A DNA stretch of 51,374 nt from contig CALMGJ010000014.1 of assembly GCA_937863565.1 (NCBI GenBank), forward strand, positions 87,817-139,190. Reading direction: 5' to 3'. Source of the DNA: an uncultured bacterium (lineage in GTDB: Bacteria > AUK180). This document shows positions 18,899 through 28,078 of this stretch, piece by piece. Positions within the stretch are counted from its first letter, which is position 1, and the number at the start of each line of letters is the position of its first letter. Below the pieces are notes generated by a model that was given only the letters and a program-made list of their open reading frames with translations, was not told the DNA's origin and did not search any database. The position numbers and the translations under genes were made by a program.

Positions 18899-20496
18899 TG
18901 TCCTCTCCCGTTCTTCACCCAGCGTTTCACCCTTTTGGGTTTGTCGGCCGCCGGTTTTATATGCGCTTTCTCATAGATCATTTCCGCGAATGTTTTCGGC
19001 TTCTGTTTTTTCGGCACGGTCGGTTCTATTTCGGACAGGCCCATCTGCATCGCGTCGAGTATGTCGTCGTGTCTTCCCTTGGGGAATCGTGAGGCCTCGT
19101 CCTTCAATTCCTCCCATATCTCGGATTTTTCGAGTATTCCGGCATAGATGTGGATCCCCCCCGTTTCCGAGAAAGGCACTAAAGAGCGGATCTTCTGAGC
19201 TTTTGACGCCCAGGCCGATGACAATACAGGAACGGTCTTGAATGAGAGGTCCTCGCCTCTTTTCTTGAAATCGATTATGTTCTTATATGTTTTCTGGAAA
19301 CCGTTCTTTTCGATGATCAGTTTCCCTATCTTCCATTTTTTGGCGGCGGCGATGGCCATATCGGAGATCACCGTCTCATTCCCGCGCGACAGTTCTATAT
19401 CGAGTATCCAGGGTTCCCCGTATTCGTCCGCGGCCATGATCACCAGAGCGGAAAAATCGGTCTTCTCCAGGCCCTTCTCGTCCTCGGCGGCGGGGTCGAG
19501 GACGGCTATCGTGCCGCGTCTTATATGTTCGGGTATCTCCGGTTCTATCTTCCATTGCGTCCACTCGAATTCCTGCCCTTCTTGGGCCACCGGCTCGTTC
19601 TGGTACTGGCATGAGAAGATATATATCCCCTGCTTGTGCCGTATATCCCGGAGGCGTTTCACATTGAGGCGGGCGGGGAAATACAGTATTCCGGGATCTC
19701 CGGATACCTGGCGCTCCAGCTCTTCCCAGTCCCAGTGAACGAGACGGACCGCGCGCTCAAGCAGGACGGCGAAATCGTCCGGGCCTTCGCCGGCGAGTTC
19801 CGCTACGATCCAGCCGTACAGGTCGAGATCGGAATATCTCGTCCCGATCACGTGATATGCCGATCCGGGCTCGGTGTTCAAAAGCGAAAGATTGTACCGG
19901 AAATGTTCGCGGACCTTCTTCCTTTGCTCGGCGGTGTTCACATTGCGCGGCGTCACGGGGTCGTCCGATTTGATGTAATCGTAATGGGCGGATGTTTTCT
20001 CGTTCCCGATGCCGGATGCGGTGAAGGTTGGTTCTTTCACGAACTTGCTCCGTTTCACTTCGGCCTCCTCCTCGTTCCATTTCTTGCCGGGCTCGATGCC
20101 GTACAGGGATAATATGAGCGGATTTTTCTCGATGATGTTCTTGATCGTCCCAATCATGTTCGCGGCATTGGTAAAGTTCTCCGAGTCGATGAGTATCCTG
20201 CGGTTCGGGTTCTCGCAGATCAGGCGCACCGATTCGGAAATAGTGATGATCGAGGTCTTGAACGTATCGCGGGGCAGCAGAAAGAGCGTATAGCGTTTTC
20301 CGCTCATGAGATGCGCCTCGATAGAGGAATGGACTTTTTCGTCCACTTCAGAGAAGCCCACAACGTATTTTGCGAAGAACAGGGGATGCAGGAGCGCATG
20401 TTTGGCTATAAAAGCCGGTGAGACGCGGGCCATCAGTTCGGATATATCCGATTCCTGGCGCCGGAGCGCCTCCATTTGATACGCTATTTTATCCAT
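18895..20496 (-). CDS. terL: Terminase large subunit
   Basis: LLPRDTFKTS Walker A variant, HYDYIKSDD Walker B, GTRY, FSCQYQNEP, and nuclease motifs DPA..DFSA..HDDILDA. Confidence 0.93.
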   Translation of the reverse strand: MDKIAYQMEALRRQESDISELMARVSPAFIAKHALLHPLFFAKYVVGFSEVDEKVHSSIEAHLMSGKRYTLFLLPRDTFKTSIITISESVRLICENPNRRILIDSENFTNAANMIGTIKNIIEKNPLILSLYGIEPGKKWNEEEAEVKRSKFVKEPTFTASGIGNEKTSAHYDYIKSDDPVTPRNVNTAEQRKKVREHFRYNLSLLNTEPGSAYHVIGTRYSDLDLYGWIVAELAGEGPDDFAVLLERAVRLVHWDWEELERQVSGDPGILYFPARLNVKRLRDIRHKQGIYIFSCQYQNEPVAQEGQEFEWTQWKIEPEIPEHIRRGTIAVLDPAAEDEKGLEKTDFSALVIMAADEYGEPWILDIELSRGNETVISDMAIAAAKKWKIGKLIIEKNGFQKTYKNIIDFKKRGEDLSFKTVPVLSSAWASKAQKIRSLVPFSETGGIHIYAGILEKSEIWEELKDEASRFPKGRHDDILDAMQMGLSEIEPTVPKKQKPKTFAEMIYEKAHIKPAADKPKRVKRWVKNGRGQ

Positions 20497-21289
20497 TCCC
20501 CTGTTCCTCGTTCTTTTTTATGTTTTTAATGATCGCTTCGGCCATTGCCTGATACGCCGCCATGCCCATTACTTCGGTTTTGGCCTCTTCTTCCTCTTTT
20601 TTATCCTTTTGCGACTTCGGCGATACCAGGAATTCCGAAAGCGAAGCCGGGCCCATCATTTTCTCAAGGGTCGGCAGCACGGGGTTCTGTTGGTACGAGC
20701 TGATCACGGGGTTGCCGGCGGCGTCGTTCACGATCTCGCCCTCTTTATTCCGGGCGTATATCGGTATCAGGGCGCCTTTCTGGAATATCTCCCTGAATAT
20801 GAGCGTTCTCAGCATCGCGTATTTCGCCTGGTTTTCGGCAAAGTATTTCTGGATATGTCTCGGATCCTTTGAATCGAAGGCCATTTGGAAATCGTTGTAC
20901 ATCTCGTTCTTGAGATAACAGACCGCGGCGGCCTCGCATTTTTTCGCATGCGGGCAGTTTTCGCATTCGGGATATTTTCCGGGCCGTGCGGGAAAGTATT
21001 TGTGGATTTTAGAGAAAAGCAGGTTCTTAACGGGGTTCATGCTGGAGCGGTATTTCCCCGCGGGGGTTTTCGGCCCCGTCGAACCGGTTGCCCAGGCGCG
21101 GGTCAGGTTTCTGAACCAGACGGGGGCTTCTTCGAGCTCGCGTCCGCAGTTCGGGCACTCTGATCCGCCCGGATCGCCGGCTTTCCACCATTTACACGAT
21201 GGGCAGTATATGATATTCCCGTTTTGTGATTGATTTTCTTTCGGGCCGTCCATTCGAAGGCATTTCTCCTTCTCCCACCGCATGAACAT
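20489..21289 (-). CDS. Terminase small subunit-like protein with Zn-ribbon motifs
   Basis: Directly upstream of terL; CxxC pairs, STGPKTPAGK.RS motif, GNPVI..YQQNPVL. Start may be ATG 21253. Confidence 0.65.
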   Translation of the reverse strand: MFMRWEKEKCLRMDGPKENQSQNGNIIYCPSCKWWKAGDPGGSECPNCGRELEEAPVWFRNLTRAWATGSTGPKTPAGKYRSSMNPVKNLLFSKIHKYFPARPGKYPECENCPHAKKCEAAAVCYLKNEMYNDFQMAFDSKDPRHIQKYFAENQAKYAMLRTLIFREIFQKGALIPIYARNKEGEIVNDAAGNPVISSYQQNPVLPTLEKMMGPASLSEFLVSPKSQKDKKEEEEAKTEVMGMAAYQAMAEAIIKNIKKNEEQGNG

Positions 21290-21306
21290 TGCTCCCGAAC
21301 TACCGC

Positions 21307-21335
21307 ATTATACATATTTTGTCCGGTTTTGTCAA
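21307..21335 (-). promoter_or_regulatory. Perfect consensus sigma70 promoter for the packaging/structural operon
   Basis: TTGACA-aaaccggacaaaatatg(17)-TATAAT on the - strand. Confidence 0.8.
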
Positions 21336-21402
21336 CGGTGTGGCGATACCCATTTTTTATTACTGTCTTATTGGGCTTATTTTTATTTGATTATTGGCCG
21401 GC

Positions 21403-21430
21403 TTGACTTTCTGTACTAATTTGTTATAAT
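21403..21430 (+). promoter_or_regulatory. Sigma70 promoter of the moron gene
   Basis: TTGACT-N16-TATAAT with a TG extended -10. Confidence 0.7.
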
Positions 21431-21444
21431 TGCATGGGACATAT

Positions 21445-22122
21445 ATGATAAAATCCTTTGATGAGATAAGAAATAAGTGGCTTTTTGCGAAAGAGAGGCG
21501 AAAACCTCGGACATATGAAGAATGGATATTCACAATAATGCTGTTTATCGCTGTATTTGAATTTTTCACAAGATTACCTGGTATCATCTACCGTTTTTCA
21601 TTTCATAGCATTTATAATTTATTGGTTGATGAATTCGATGTCAATCGTTCTTTGGCAAGTGATTATGCCATATATGCCGTCCATTCCATCATTATATTTA
21701 TTCTTATTTTTGTTCACGATCGTGAGCATACACGTTTCGGACGCAAGAGAAGGCATTACCCCTTTTTAACAAAGGTCCATTTAATTGCTACAAAGGAACA
21801 TATAAAAAAGTTTATCCCAATATTTATTGCGTCTTTGATAATTTTGCTTGTTTTTTGTTCCTATGTTATATTGTTCTTCCCGTGGTTCGATCGTAAATAC
21901 TGGATATGCACGGATAAATTTTATTTTTCATCATTTTATATGATGTCTTTCATTCTTTTGTGGTTCATTGGGTTTCTTATTTTAGAATTTTTATTCAATT
22001 ATACAAGGAAAGCCTTTTCTTATCTTGTCCCGGAAGTTGGTTTTCTGCCGGAAAGCGTCTGCCGTAATGAAGATCGTGATAAAAAAGATTATACTGGCGA
22101 GCGGGGCTTTTATTGCGTTTGA
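21445..22122 (+). CDS. AT-rich multi-TM moron protein
   Basis: About four hydrophobic segments, opposite strand, own promoter, low GC. Start placed at ATG 21445. Confidence 0.7.
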   Translation: MIKSFDEIRNKWLFAKERRKPRTYEEWIFTIMLFIAVFEFFTRLPGIIYRFSFHSIYNLLVDEFDVNRSLASDYAIYAVHSIIIFILIFVHDREHTRFGRKRRHYPFLTKVHLIATKEHIKKFIPIFIASLIILLVFCSYVILFFPWFDRKYWICTDKFYFSSFYMMSFILLWFIGFLILEFLFNYTRKAFSYLVPEVGFLPESVCRNEDRDKKDYTGERGFYCV

Positions 22123-22157
22123 TTCTGCTTTTTACGCATTAAATATTCGCCGAGTTT

Positions 22158-22340
22158 TTAAGTATTCTTTTTAAAAACTAAAAATACCGAGTAGTCCGGA
22201 TCATACCATAATATTTGCAGTGTTCCGCATGGTAGCATTACTCCCCATATTCTCTTTTTCCCGTCTAGTGGCAATGAGTACAATTCCTCTATATCGTTCT
22301 GTTTTATTTCGTCCAATCTGTCTCTTGCTTTTTTTTGCAC
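22158..22340 (-). pseudogene. C-terminal remnant of a RelE-like toxin-family gene
   Basis: ARDRL......EELYSL.L.GKKRIWG......QILWYDP pattern; no N-terminal half, SD or antitoxin visible. Confidence 0.45.
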
Positions 22341-22407
22341 AGGGACGGGCTAACGCGAGTCTTCCCGGTCGCCCGCCCCCGGCACAAAATTCAATGCACT
22401 ACAAGTG

Positions 22408-23385
22408 CTATTTCCATATTATCTGTAATTTGGGTTGGATATTCTTTTTCACTGCGTCTATTCTGCGTTGCGAGATCTCTATATTTTTAGGGACGAGTTC
22501 GATCCCGATATAGTTCCGCCCGTGTTTCAGGGCGCAGACAGCCGTCGTTCCTGAGCCCATGAAAGGGTCTAAAACAATCCCGCCTTCGGGGCTTCCCGCC
22601 AGTATACACGGCCTGATCAACTCCTCCGGATACGTGGAGAAGTGCGGTCCTTTGAATGGGCGGGTCGGAATTTTCCAGACGCTGCCGAGCAGTTTTCCCA
22701 GGGGATTTAGCGGTATAGTTCGGAGGCTGATCCCGGTCTTTTTATATTCGGGTTTATGCCGCCCGTATGTATCGCATGTGTTCACTATTGGGTATCGGAG
22801 CCTCTCCTGGCTGGCGGCGGAATACGGGCTGCGCACCGCGTCTGCGTCGTAGTAATAGCGCGGCGCCTTCGAGAACATGAACAGATACTCATGGGCCGTC
22901 ACGGGGCGGTCCGTGACGCTCTCCGGCAGAGGGTTTGTTTTGTGCCAGATGATATCGCGTCTCAAAATCCAGCCGGTATCGATCATTTTCAGGGCTATTC
23001 TCCACGGCATACCGATTAGACATTTATAAGCCAGCCCGGGAACCGTTGCGTTCCCTCCGCCCCATCTGGAACAGCCGCGGGGGATTTGGCGGTTTCTGTG
23101 TATCCGTTCGAATCCATTGGGGTGGCTGTGGCCGCCCTTGCCGACATATCCGTCCCCAAGGTTCAACCAGAGTGTGCCGTCGCTTTTCAGCACTCGCTTG
23201 GCCTCCCGAAATATTTCACAGATATTCCCGATATATTCCTCCATGGTCGCCTCGGTCCCGATTTGTTTTGGGTGCCCGTAATCGCGCATTCTCCAATACG
23301 GGGGTGATGTTACGATACAGTCCGCGATTTCCGCCGGCATCGCCCGCATGACGGTCAGCGCATCTCCGCATATTATCTCGTTCAC
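22408..23385 (-). CDS. Orphan amino-DNA methyltransferase, beta class (probably m4C)
   Basis: TSPPYW catalytic motif before the DPFMGSGTT SAM motif. Start GTG 23385 overlaps the endolysin stop. Confidence 0.92.
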   Translation of the reverse strand: MNEIICGDALTVMRAMPAEIADCIVTSPPYWRMRDYGHPKQIGTEATMEEYIGNICEIFREAKRVLKSDGTLWLNLGDGYVGKGGHSHPNGFERIHRNRQIPRGCSRWGGGNATVPGLAYKCLIGMPWRIALKMIDTGWILRRDIIWHKTNPLPESVTDRPVTAHEYLFMFSKAPRYYYDADAVRSPYSAASQERLRYPIVNTCDTYGRHKPEYKKTGISLRTIPLNPLGKLLGSVWKIPTRPFKGPHFSTYPEELIRPCILAGSPEGGIVLDPFMGSGTTAVCALKHGRNYIGIELVPKNIEISQRRIDAVKKNIQPKLQIIWK

Positions 23386-23936
23386 CACTCCACCCCGGGC
23401 CGCCACGCCGCCGCCTTGATCGGGTTCATGTGCCTCCCCTCCAGCAAATACGCCATATCGATGTGGACAAACGGTTGCGGCGCGAACGTGCGGTGTGTTG
23501 GGCTGTCCAGGAGCTTGAGGCGGTACAGCATATATTTCCGCCACCCGATCCGTACGGTCGGATGATGTTTGCGTATAAAATCCCGGTACAGTTCCTCCGG
23601 CTGCTTGCTGTAATTCCTGAATTTTTCAGGGACGAGGCTATCGATCGCGTACGACAGCCCGTCGGTCTGGATCTCGTGCGGGGTGTTCCCTACGGCATTT
23701 GGATTGTTTTGCAGCAGGTGTTCCTGGTGCGCGCGGCATCTGGTCCCGGAGGTCGTCCAGATGGGGCACTCTGCGGCGTCTCTGAGCTCGTCGAGGAACA
23801 TCAGCATATCCCCTATTATCGCGAATTTCCTGCAGCCGCATCGGCACATCAATTCCGGGTCCGTTTCCGGTGCAAACCAGCGGGCAGTGTAGATTGTCCC
23901 GTCGTGCAGTTCGCTGCTATATTGGCCGTATTTCAT
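23382..23936 (-). CDS. Peptidase M15 family endolysin
   Basis: E..CRCGC, LDELR, TSG.RC..H, H...AID and FVHID Zn-peptidase motifs. Confidence 0.85.
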   Translation of the reverse strand: MKYGQYSSELHDGTIYTARWFAPETDPELMCRCGCRKFAIIGDMLMFLDELRDAAECPIWTTSGTRCRAHQEHLLQNNPNAVGNTPHEIQTDGLSYAIDSLVPEKFRNYSKQPEELYRDFIRKHHPTVRIGWRKYMLYRLKLLDSPTHRTFAPQPFVHIDMAYLLEGRHMNPIKAAAWRPGVEW

Positions 23937-23952
23937 GTTTTCTCCCCCTTTT

Positions 23953-24180
23953 TCATATATCTTCCGTTTCCCCTATCTGTTCCCGGATCTTCTGGATCTC
24001 TGCTTCCTTCTTTTCCAGGTTCTCCGCGAATTTCCCGACGGTCTTCGGTACAAAGAACGGAAATGAGTAGGCCTGCCCGCCTTTGAATATGATTCCCACG
24101 CGGTAGCGGTCCGTGTTCTTTTTTTGCGCGAACACGAGCCCGTGTCTCCTGAAGAACCTCTGTATGATGAGTGCGATCAT
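23953..24180 (-). CDS. Hypothetical phage protein
   Basis: AGGAGG SD before ATG 24180, ATGA overlap. Confidence 0.6.
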   Translation of the reverse strand: MIALIIQRFFRRHGLVFAQKKNTDRYRVGIIFKGGQAYSFPFFVPKTVGKFAENLEKKEAEIQKIREQIGETEDI

Positions 24181-24368
24181 TTCGGCGCCTCCTTTTCCCA
24201 TTCCTCCGGTATTTTTTTAAAGATTATCCTGAGGGCGAGGAGGATGCGCGCCCCCGTCCGCATTGATTTCACATTTTCCCAGAAATTTCCGATGATTTGC
24301 TGATATTGCTGTCTCAGTATTTTTTTTACCTTTCTGATTTTCATTGTTCTCTCCTTTCTGATCTTCAT
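24177..24368 (-). CDS. Hypothetical phage protein
   Basis: Small basic ORF with coupled overlaps; alternative start at the second MKIRK. Confidence 0.55.
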   Translation of the reverse strand: MKIRKERTMKIRKVKKILRQQYQQIIGNFWENVKSMRTGARILLALRIIFKKIPEEWEKEAPK

Positions 24369-24598
24369 TGTTCTCTTCTTTTTTCCCGTTTATGAGCTAT
24401 GATATATCTTATATGTTCTATGGAATATCCTTCCTGGTCGGCGATGATGCCGTATATTTCAAGGCTCTTCGCTTCGGGGTTCATCGTGATAGCCTCGGCA
24501 TATGCCGCAGTGAAATACTGTTTTCTTTTCGCGGCTCGCTCTTTGACCAGGTCGCGGATCCGTGCATCGTATATTTTCTGTATGTCTTTCCATTTCAT
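24365..24598 (-). CDS. Small HTH (Mor-like) regulator
   Basis: C-terminal IA.QEGYSIEHIRYII helix-turn-helix pattern, AGGAG SD. Confidence 0.55.
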   Translation of the reverse strand: MKWKDIQKIYDARIRDLVKERAAKRKQYFTAAYAEAITMNPEAKSLEIYGIIADQEGYSIEHIRYIIAHKREKRREQ

Positions 24599-24608
24599 GT
24601 TCTATCTC

Positions 24609-25004
24609 CTATTCCGCGCGCCAGTTTGTATCCCCGTTTGGGGCGTGGCCTCGGATCAGTGTAATTATTCCCGCAGGTATCCGTTCAAAGCTGAATGTTG
24701 CGGCGGTAGCAAATACGCAGCATCGTATCCGGTATCCCTCGGTCCTCCAGATCTGTTCGGATTTTATTGGGTTCAGGTTTTGGATGAATTTCAGCGCTTC
24801 CGCTGTTATGCTTTTTATTTCTTGGGTGTTCTTCTTTCCGAAAAAGCGTGTTTTCCCACATTTTTCGGAAATGAACCGCGCTATCGCCCTTTGCATGTAT
24901 CTGTTTTTCACTACTTCCTCGGCGTTCGCCCTCAGATGCCGGAGCGTTTCTCTGACCTCAATGGTCTCCATACTCAGTTTCTGTCCTTTGTATCTCATAT
25001 TCAC
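24609..25004 (-). CDS. Hypothetical phage protein
   Basis: 131 aa, GAGG SD, overlap-coupled. Confidence 0.6.
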   Translation of the reverse strand: MNMRYKGQKLSMETIEVRETLRHLRANAEEVVKNRYMQRAIARFISEKCGKTRFFGKKNTQEIKSITAEALKFIQNLNPIKSEQIWRTEGYRIRCCVFATAATFSFERIPAGIITLIRGHAPNGDTNWRAE

Positions 25005-25930
25005 CTCTCTCTTTCATATCCGTCTATCGGTCTGATCGTTCCGTGTTCCCGCAGCCATTCCGCATACTTATGGCCGTGTTTTTGCGCGTTCTCGTCGCTT
25101 TCCTCGATATACCGTATATAACAATTTCTTTTAATGCGTTCGGATATTTTCCCCGCCGGAGCGTGCGGCTCATCCCAGATGTCTTTAATATCCTCCATTT
25201 TATTATTGCTTGTTATTATCAGTCGCACGGGCCGTGAGAACAGCTCTTTCAGGAGCGCTCGCGGTTTGGTCCTCGTCCATTCTTCGAGCCGGTACACGTC
25301 TTCAATTATATCGTCGATGATGAATAGTTTTTCTGCAGTGAGCGAGGCCATCATTTCCGAGAATTTTGGCAGGTCCCAGGCCACGGCCCCGTTCAATGGG
25401 ACGAATACCGCAGACCGGCCCGTGTATAGGATATATTCCCTGGCGAGTTCCACGGCGTATTTTGTCTTTCCCGCCTGTATCCGGCCGGGAATGAACAGGT
25501 TCCGCCCCTCTTTTATGAGTTTTTCGCGGTATATTCCGTATTCCTTGGTCGTTTTGAGCGGCCCCCTTAGAAAATTGGGGAGTGTTTTCGAGAATCCGTT
25601 CATCTTCTCGATCCGGTACTCGAGGTCGTTCGCTGCGCTGCGTACGATCTCTCTCATGCGGTATTCCTCTCTGAGCGCGTCCCATTCCTTTTCGGGACTT
25701 TTCCGTATAGTATATTCGATCAGCGGAGTGACTTTATGCCAGGCGGTCTGTGCTTTGATCGCGTCCGAGAGGTCGAATATTTCTGATAGCGCCTCGTATA
25801 TCTTCTTTATGTCATATCCGTTCGGCGCTCGCATGATCGTTAAAAGTTCGGAGGCCTGCTTTTTGATGTCCCGTTCTTTTTTCATTTCACTCCACACTTC
25901 ACATACCGCACTCTTCATATTTTTTCGCAC
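25001..25930 (-). CDS. DnaC/IstB-like AAA+ ATPase (helicase loader)
   Basis: NLFIPGRIQAGKT Walker A, LFIIDD Walker B, IITSN sensor, ISERI arginine finger. Confidence 0.8.
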   Translation of the reverse strand: MRKNMKSAVCEVWSEMKKERDIKKQASELLTIMRAPNGYDIKKIYEALSEIFDLSDAIKAQTAWHKVTPLIEYTIRKSPEKEWDALREEYRMREIVRSAANDLEYRIEKMNGFSKTLPNFLRGPLKTTKEYGIYREKLIKEGRNLFIPGRIQAGKTKYAVELAREYILYTGRSAVFVPLNGAVAWDLPKFSEMMASLTAEKLFIIDDIIEDVYRLEEWTRTKPRALLKELFSRPVRLIITSNNKMEDIKDIWDEPHAPAGKISERIKRNCYIRYIEESDENAQKHGHKYAEWLREHGTIRPIDGYERER

Positions 25931-26208
25931 ATCTGTATATAGAATCTTTGGGGGTCTTCTATTTCGGCGGGCAATACTCTCATCATTTCGAGCGGCAGTT
26001 CATAGAATTCCGTCAGTCTCCGCTGCACTTTTTCAAGCGTCACGTTGTCCAGGATATGCGGCGTATCGATCCTCACCTGTTCGGCCCGGAAGCCGTTCCT
26101 GAAAACGCTCACAGCCTCCACTTCAACGATATCCCGCAGGACGACTTTCATGGTTTGCTTTCCGAACACGGTCCCGCCGTGCCGGGAAAGGAAATTCCCT
26201 TTTCTCAT
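25915..26208 (-). CDS. Hypothetical phage protein
   Basis: 97 aa, AGGAGG SD, ATGA overlap. Confidence 0.65.
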   Translation of the reverse strand: MRKGNFLSRHGGTVFGKQTMKVVLRDIVEVEAVSVFRNGFRAEQVRIDTPHILDNVTLEKVQRRLTEFYELPLEMMRVLPAEIEDPQRFYIQMCEKI

Positions 26209-27125
26209 AGATCCTCCTTTTTATGTGCTTTTTTATTTTTCAAAAATGAATTAAAATCGATGATCGCTTTTTTCTGTACTGCGCGGAGCACCGCTTCCGA
26301 CATTGCATAGTATTTCTGGAGCGTTTCTCTGGTCATTCCGGCCACGGCGCAGATCTGGCCCTCCGGCACATGCGCATTGATGAGGTGCGTCACGAAACTG
26401 GCGCGGAATACGTGCGGATGGTTTTCCTGGTACCCGGCCGCGGTGAGCGCCTTTCTGATCGCCATATAGGCTTCTTGGCGGCTCCATTTTTTAGGGCTGC
26501 GCAATTGCGAGAACAGATACGGCGATATTATGGTTTTTTGTGTCGCGTAGTTCTCAATGATCGACATCACGGCGCTGTCTATGAGGTTTTTACGCTCGGT
26601 GTTCGTCTTCGTTTGCCGGAAATGGACATAATAGTCTTTGTGTGTCTGTCCGAATCTCCGCGAGCGTTTTTCCTCTATATAGGTATGTTTCTGTGTGCCG
26701 TCGAGGCGTATTGAGAGCGCCTCGGAGAGCCGGCAGCCGGTTGCGATCAGGAGTGACACGAGCGCCAATGTCCGCGCTTCGCGCTCGGGATGGTCCTCCA
26801 GAATTGCCAGCAGTTCGCCGATCTCTTCTTTGGTCATGGCTTTGGCCTCTTTTTTCTCGCGGCGCGGCGCTTTGAAGTTCAGAATCTCGTGAGGGATCCC
26901 GAGGCGGTCCAGGAATTTGAACCATGTCACGAGATAATAATACTTGGATACTCGCGTATTCACGCTGTTCCCCCGGTTCCTCTCTCCGTTCAGGAATTCG
27001 TACGCGTTCGGGGATTCTCCGTATTGACGGATAGCGAGCTTATAGGCGTTCACGGTATTCGGGGAGTAGTTCAATGATATCAGATACTCCTCGAATTTCG
27101 AAACGGTTTCAGGTTCTATGTTCAT
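26205..27125 (-). CDS. Second tyrosine recombinase (Xer-like)
   Basis: YSPNTVNAY N-domain, TGCRLSE, K (QTKT), HPHVFRASF, C-terminal KYY. The LGH motif is replaced by AGM. Confidence 0.85.
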   Translation of the reverse strand: MNIEPETVSKFEEYLISLNYSPNTVNAYKLAIRQYGESPNAYEFLNGERNRGNSVNTRVSKYYYLVTWFKFLDRLGIPHEILNFKAPRREKKEAKAMTKEEIGELLAILEDHPEREARTLALVSLLIATGCRLSEALSIRLDGTQKHTYIEEKRSRRFGQTHKDYYVHFRQTKTNTERKNLIDSAVMSIIENYATQKTIISPYLFSQLRSPKKWSRQEAYMAIRKALTAAGYQENHPHVFRASFVTHLINAHVPEGQICAVAGMTRETLQKYYAMSEAVLRAVQKKAIIDFNSFLKNKKAHKKEDL

Positions 27126-27322
27126 TATTCCGCCATATAATCTTTAAGTGTGGTGCGGGGGGCGGAAGCCCCCCGCTAAAGCCGCAGGCCCTTGCCTATT
27201 CAGCCCGCTGTTAGCCGTTTTAAAAACGGAGCGGCCGCTCCGCCCAGGCCAGGGGAAGATATGGCAAGCCCTCGCCTGTTTTTGGGTGCGCCCCACACAA
27301 AAAGGGGGTTTTAATTGTATTT

Positions 27323-27637
27323 TCATTCTTGCTTGTACCAGACGGGATGTTCTACGAACTCTGCCAGGTCTAATAGATCGCGGTTGTTTTCATCGAGCAC
27401 ATCGATCATATATTCCTTTTTCAGCATTTCGCGGTTCTTTTTCACGCGGTCGCGAAGCTGTGTTGAGATGTATTGCCGGTCTACAGGCGTGATATTATGT
27501 CTGTTCAGTATATCCGTCAGGTTCCGGATCAGCCACTTCATTGTTTCGCGATCGAGCGTACCGGTCAGCCCGCGGATGATGTCTTTTTTTATCGCCTCGA
27601 CCGGCAAACCGTTCTTGATTGTTTGTTCGGTGTTCAT
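27323..27637 (-). CDS. Hypothetical phage protein
   Basis: 104 aa, AGGAG SD. Confidence 0.65.
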   Translation of the reverse strand: MNTEQTIKNGLPVEAIKKDIIRGLTGTLDRETMKWLIRNLTDILNRHNITPVDRQYISTQLRDRVKKNREMLKKEYMIDVLDENNRDLLDLAEFVEHPVWYKQE

Positions 27638-27718
27638 ATTGTTCTCCTGGTTTTTTGGGAAGGTGGGGAGACGGGGCGAGAGATAGTTCAGGAGCCGTAC
27701 TCCCCACCTTGATTGTCA

Positions 27719-28078
27719 TTATTTCAACGCCTCGATAAAGGTCTGCACCCAGCCCTCGCTGAATATCTTCCCCAGGGCATTGGTCGCGCCCATGATCCAG
27801 CCGTTATTGTGGATCAGAAGAAGGCAGATATCGGCGATCACATATCCGATCGCGCGGGCGGCCACATCGGCTATGCTGAATTTCCGCACCGTGAGGAGGT
27901 CCAGGACCTCGATCAGGATGGCGATGAACAGCGCGGGTATTATGCCGGCCGTCCAGGGTGCCCGAAAGACGGTGACGAAGATCGTGGCCAGGAACACCAT
28001 CAGGGCGAGTCCGTAGATGATATTCCGCACAAAGTCGCACATCAGGAAGGCTTTGACCTTCCGCATGAATTCTTTCAT
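27719..28078 (-). CDS. Phage membrane protein
   Basis: 119 aa with about three TM segments, ATGA overlap. Confidence 0.65.
   Translation of the reverse strand: MKEFMRKVKAFLMCDFVRNIIYGLALMVFLATIFVTVFRAPWTAGIIPALFIAILIEVLDLLTVRKFSIADVAARAIGYVIADICLLLIHNNGWIMGATNALGKIFSEGWVQTFIEALK

Noticed and set aside
23386-23544. N-terminal extensions of the MTase (likewise 30951-31145, 47067-47192, 49514-49681)
   Set aside because: They overlap neighbouring genes; downstream starts have an SD or stop-start overlap and match where family motifs begin.
24329-24368. Near-duplicated ATGAA(G/A)ATCAGAAAGG (MKIRK twice)
   Set aside because: Short local duplication of a start region with no evidence of further function.
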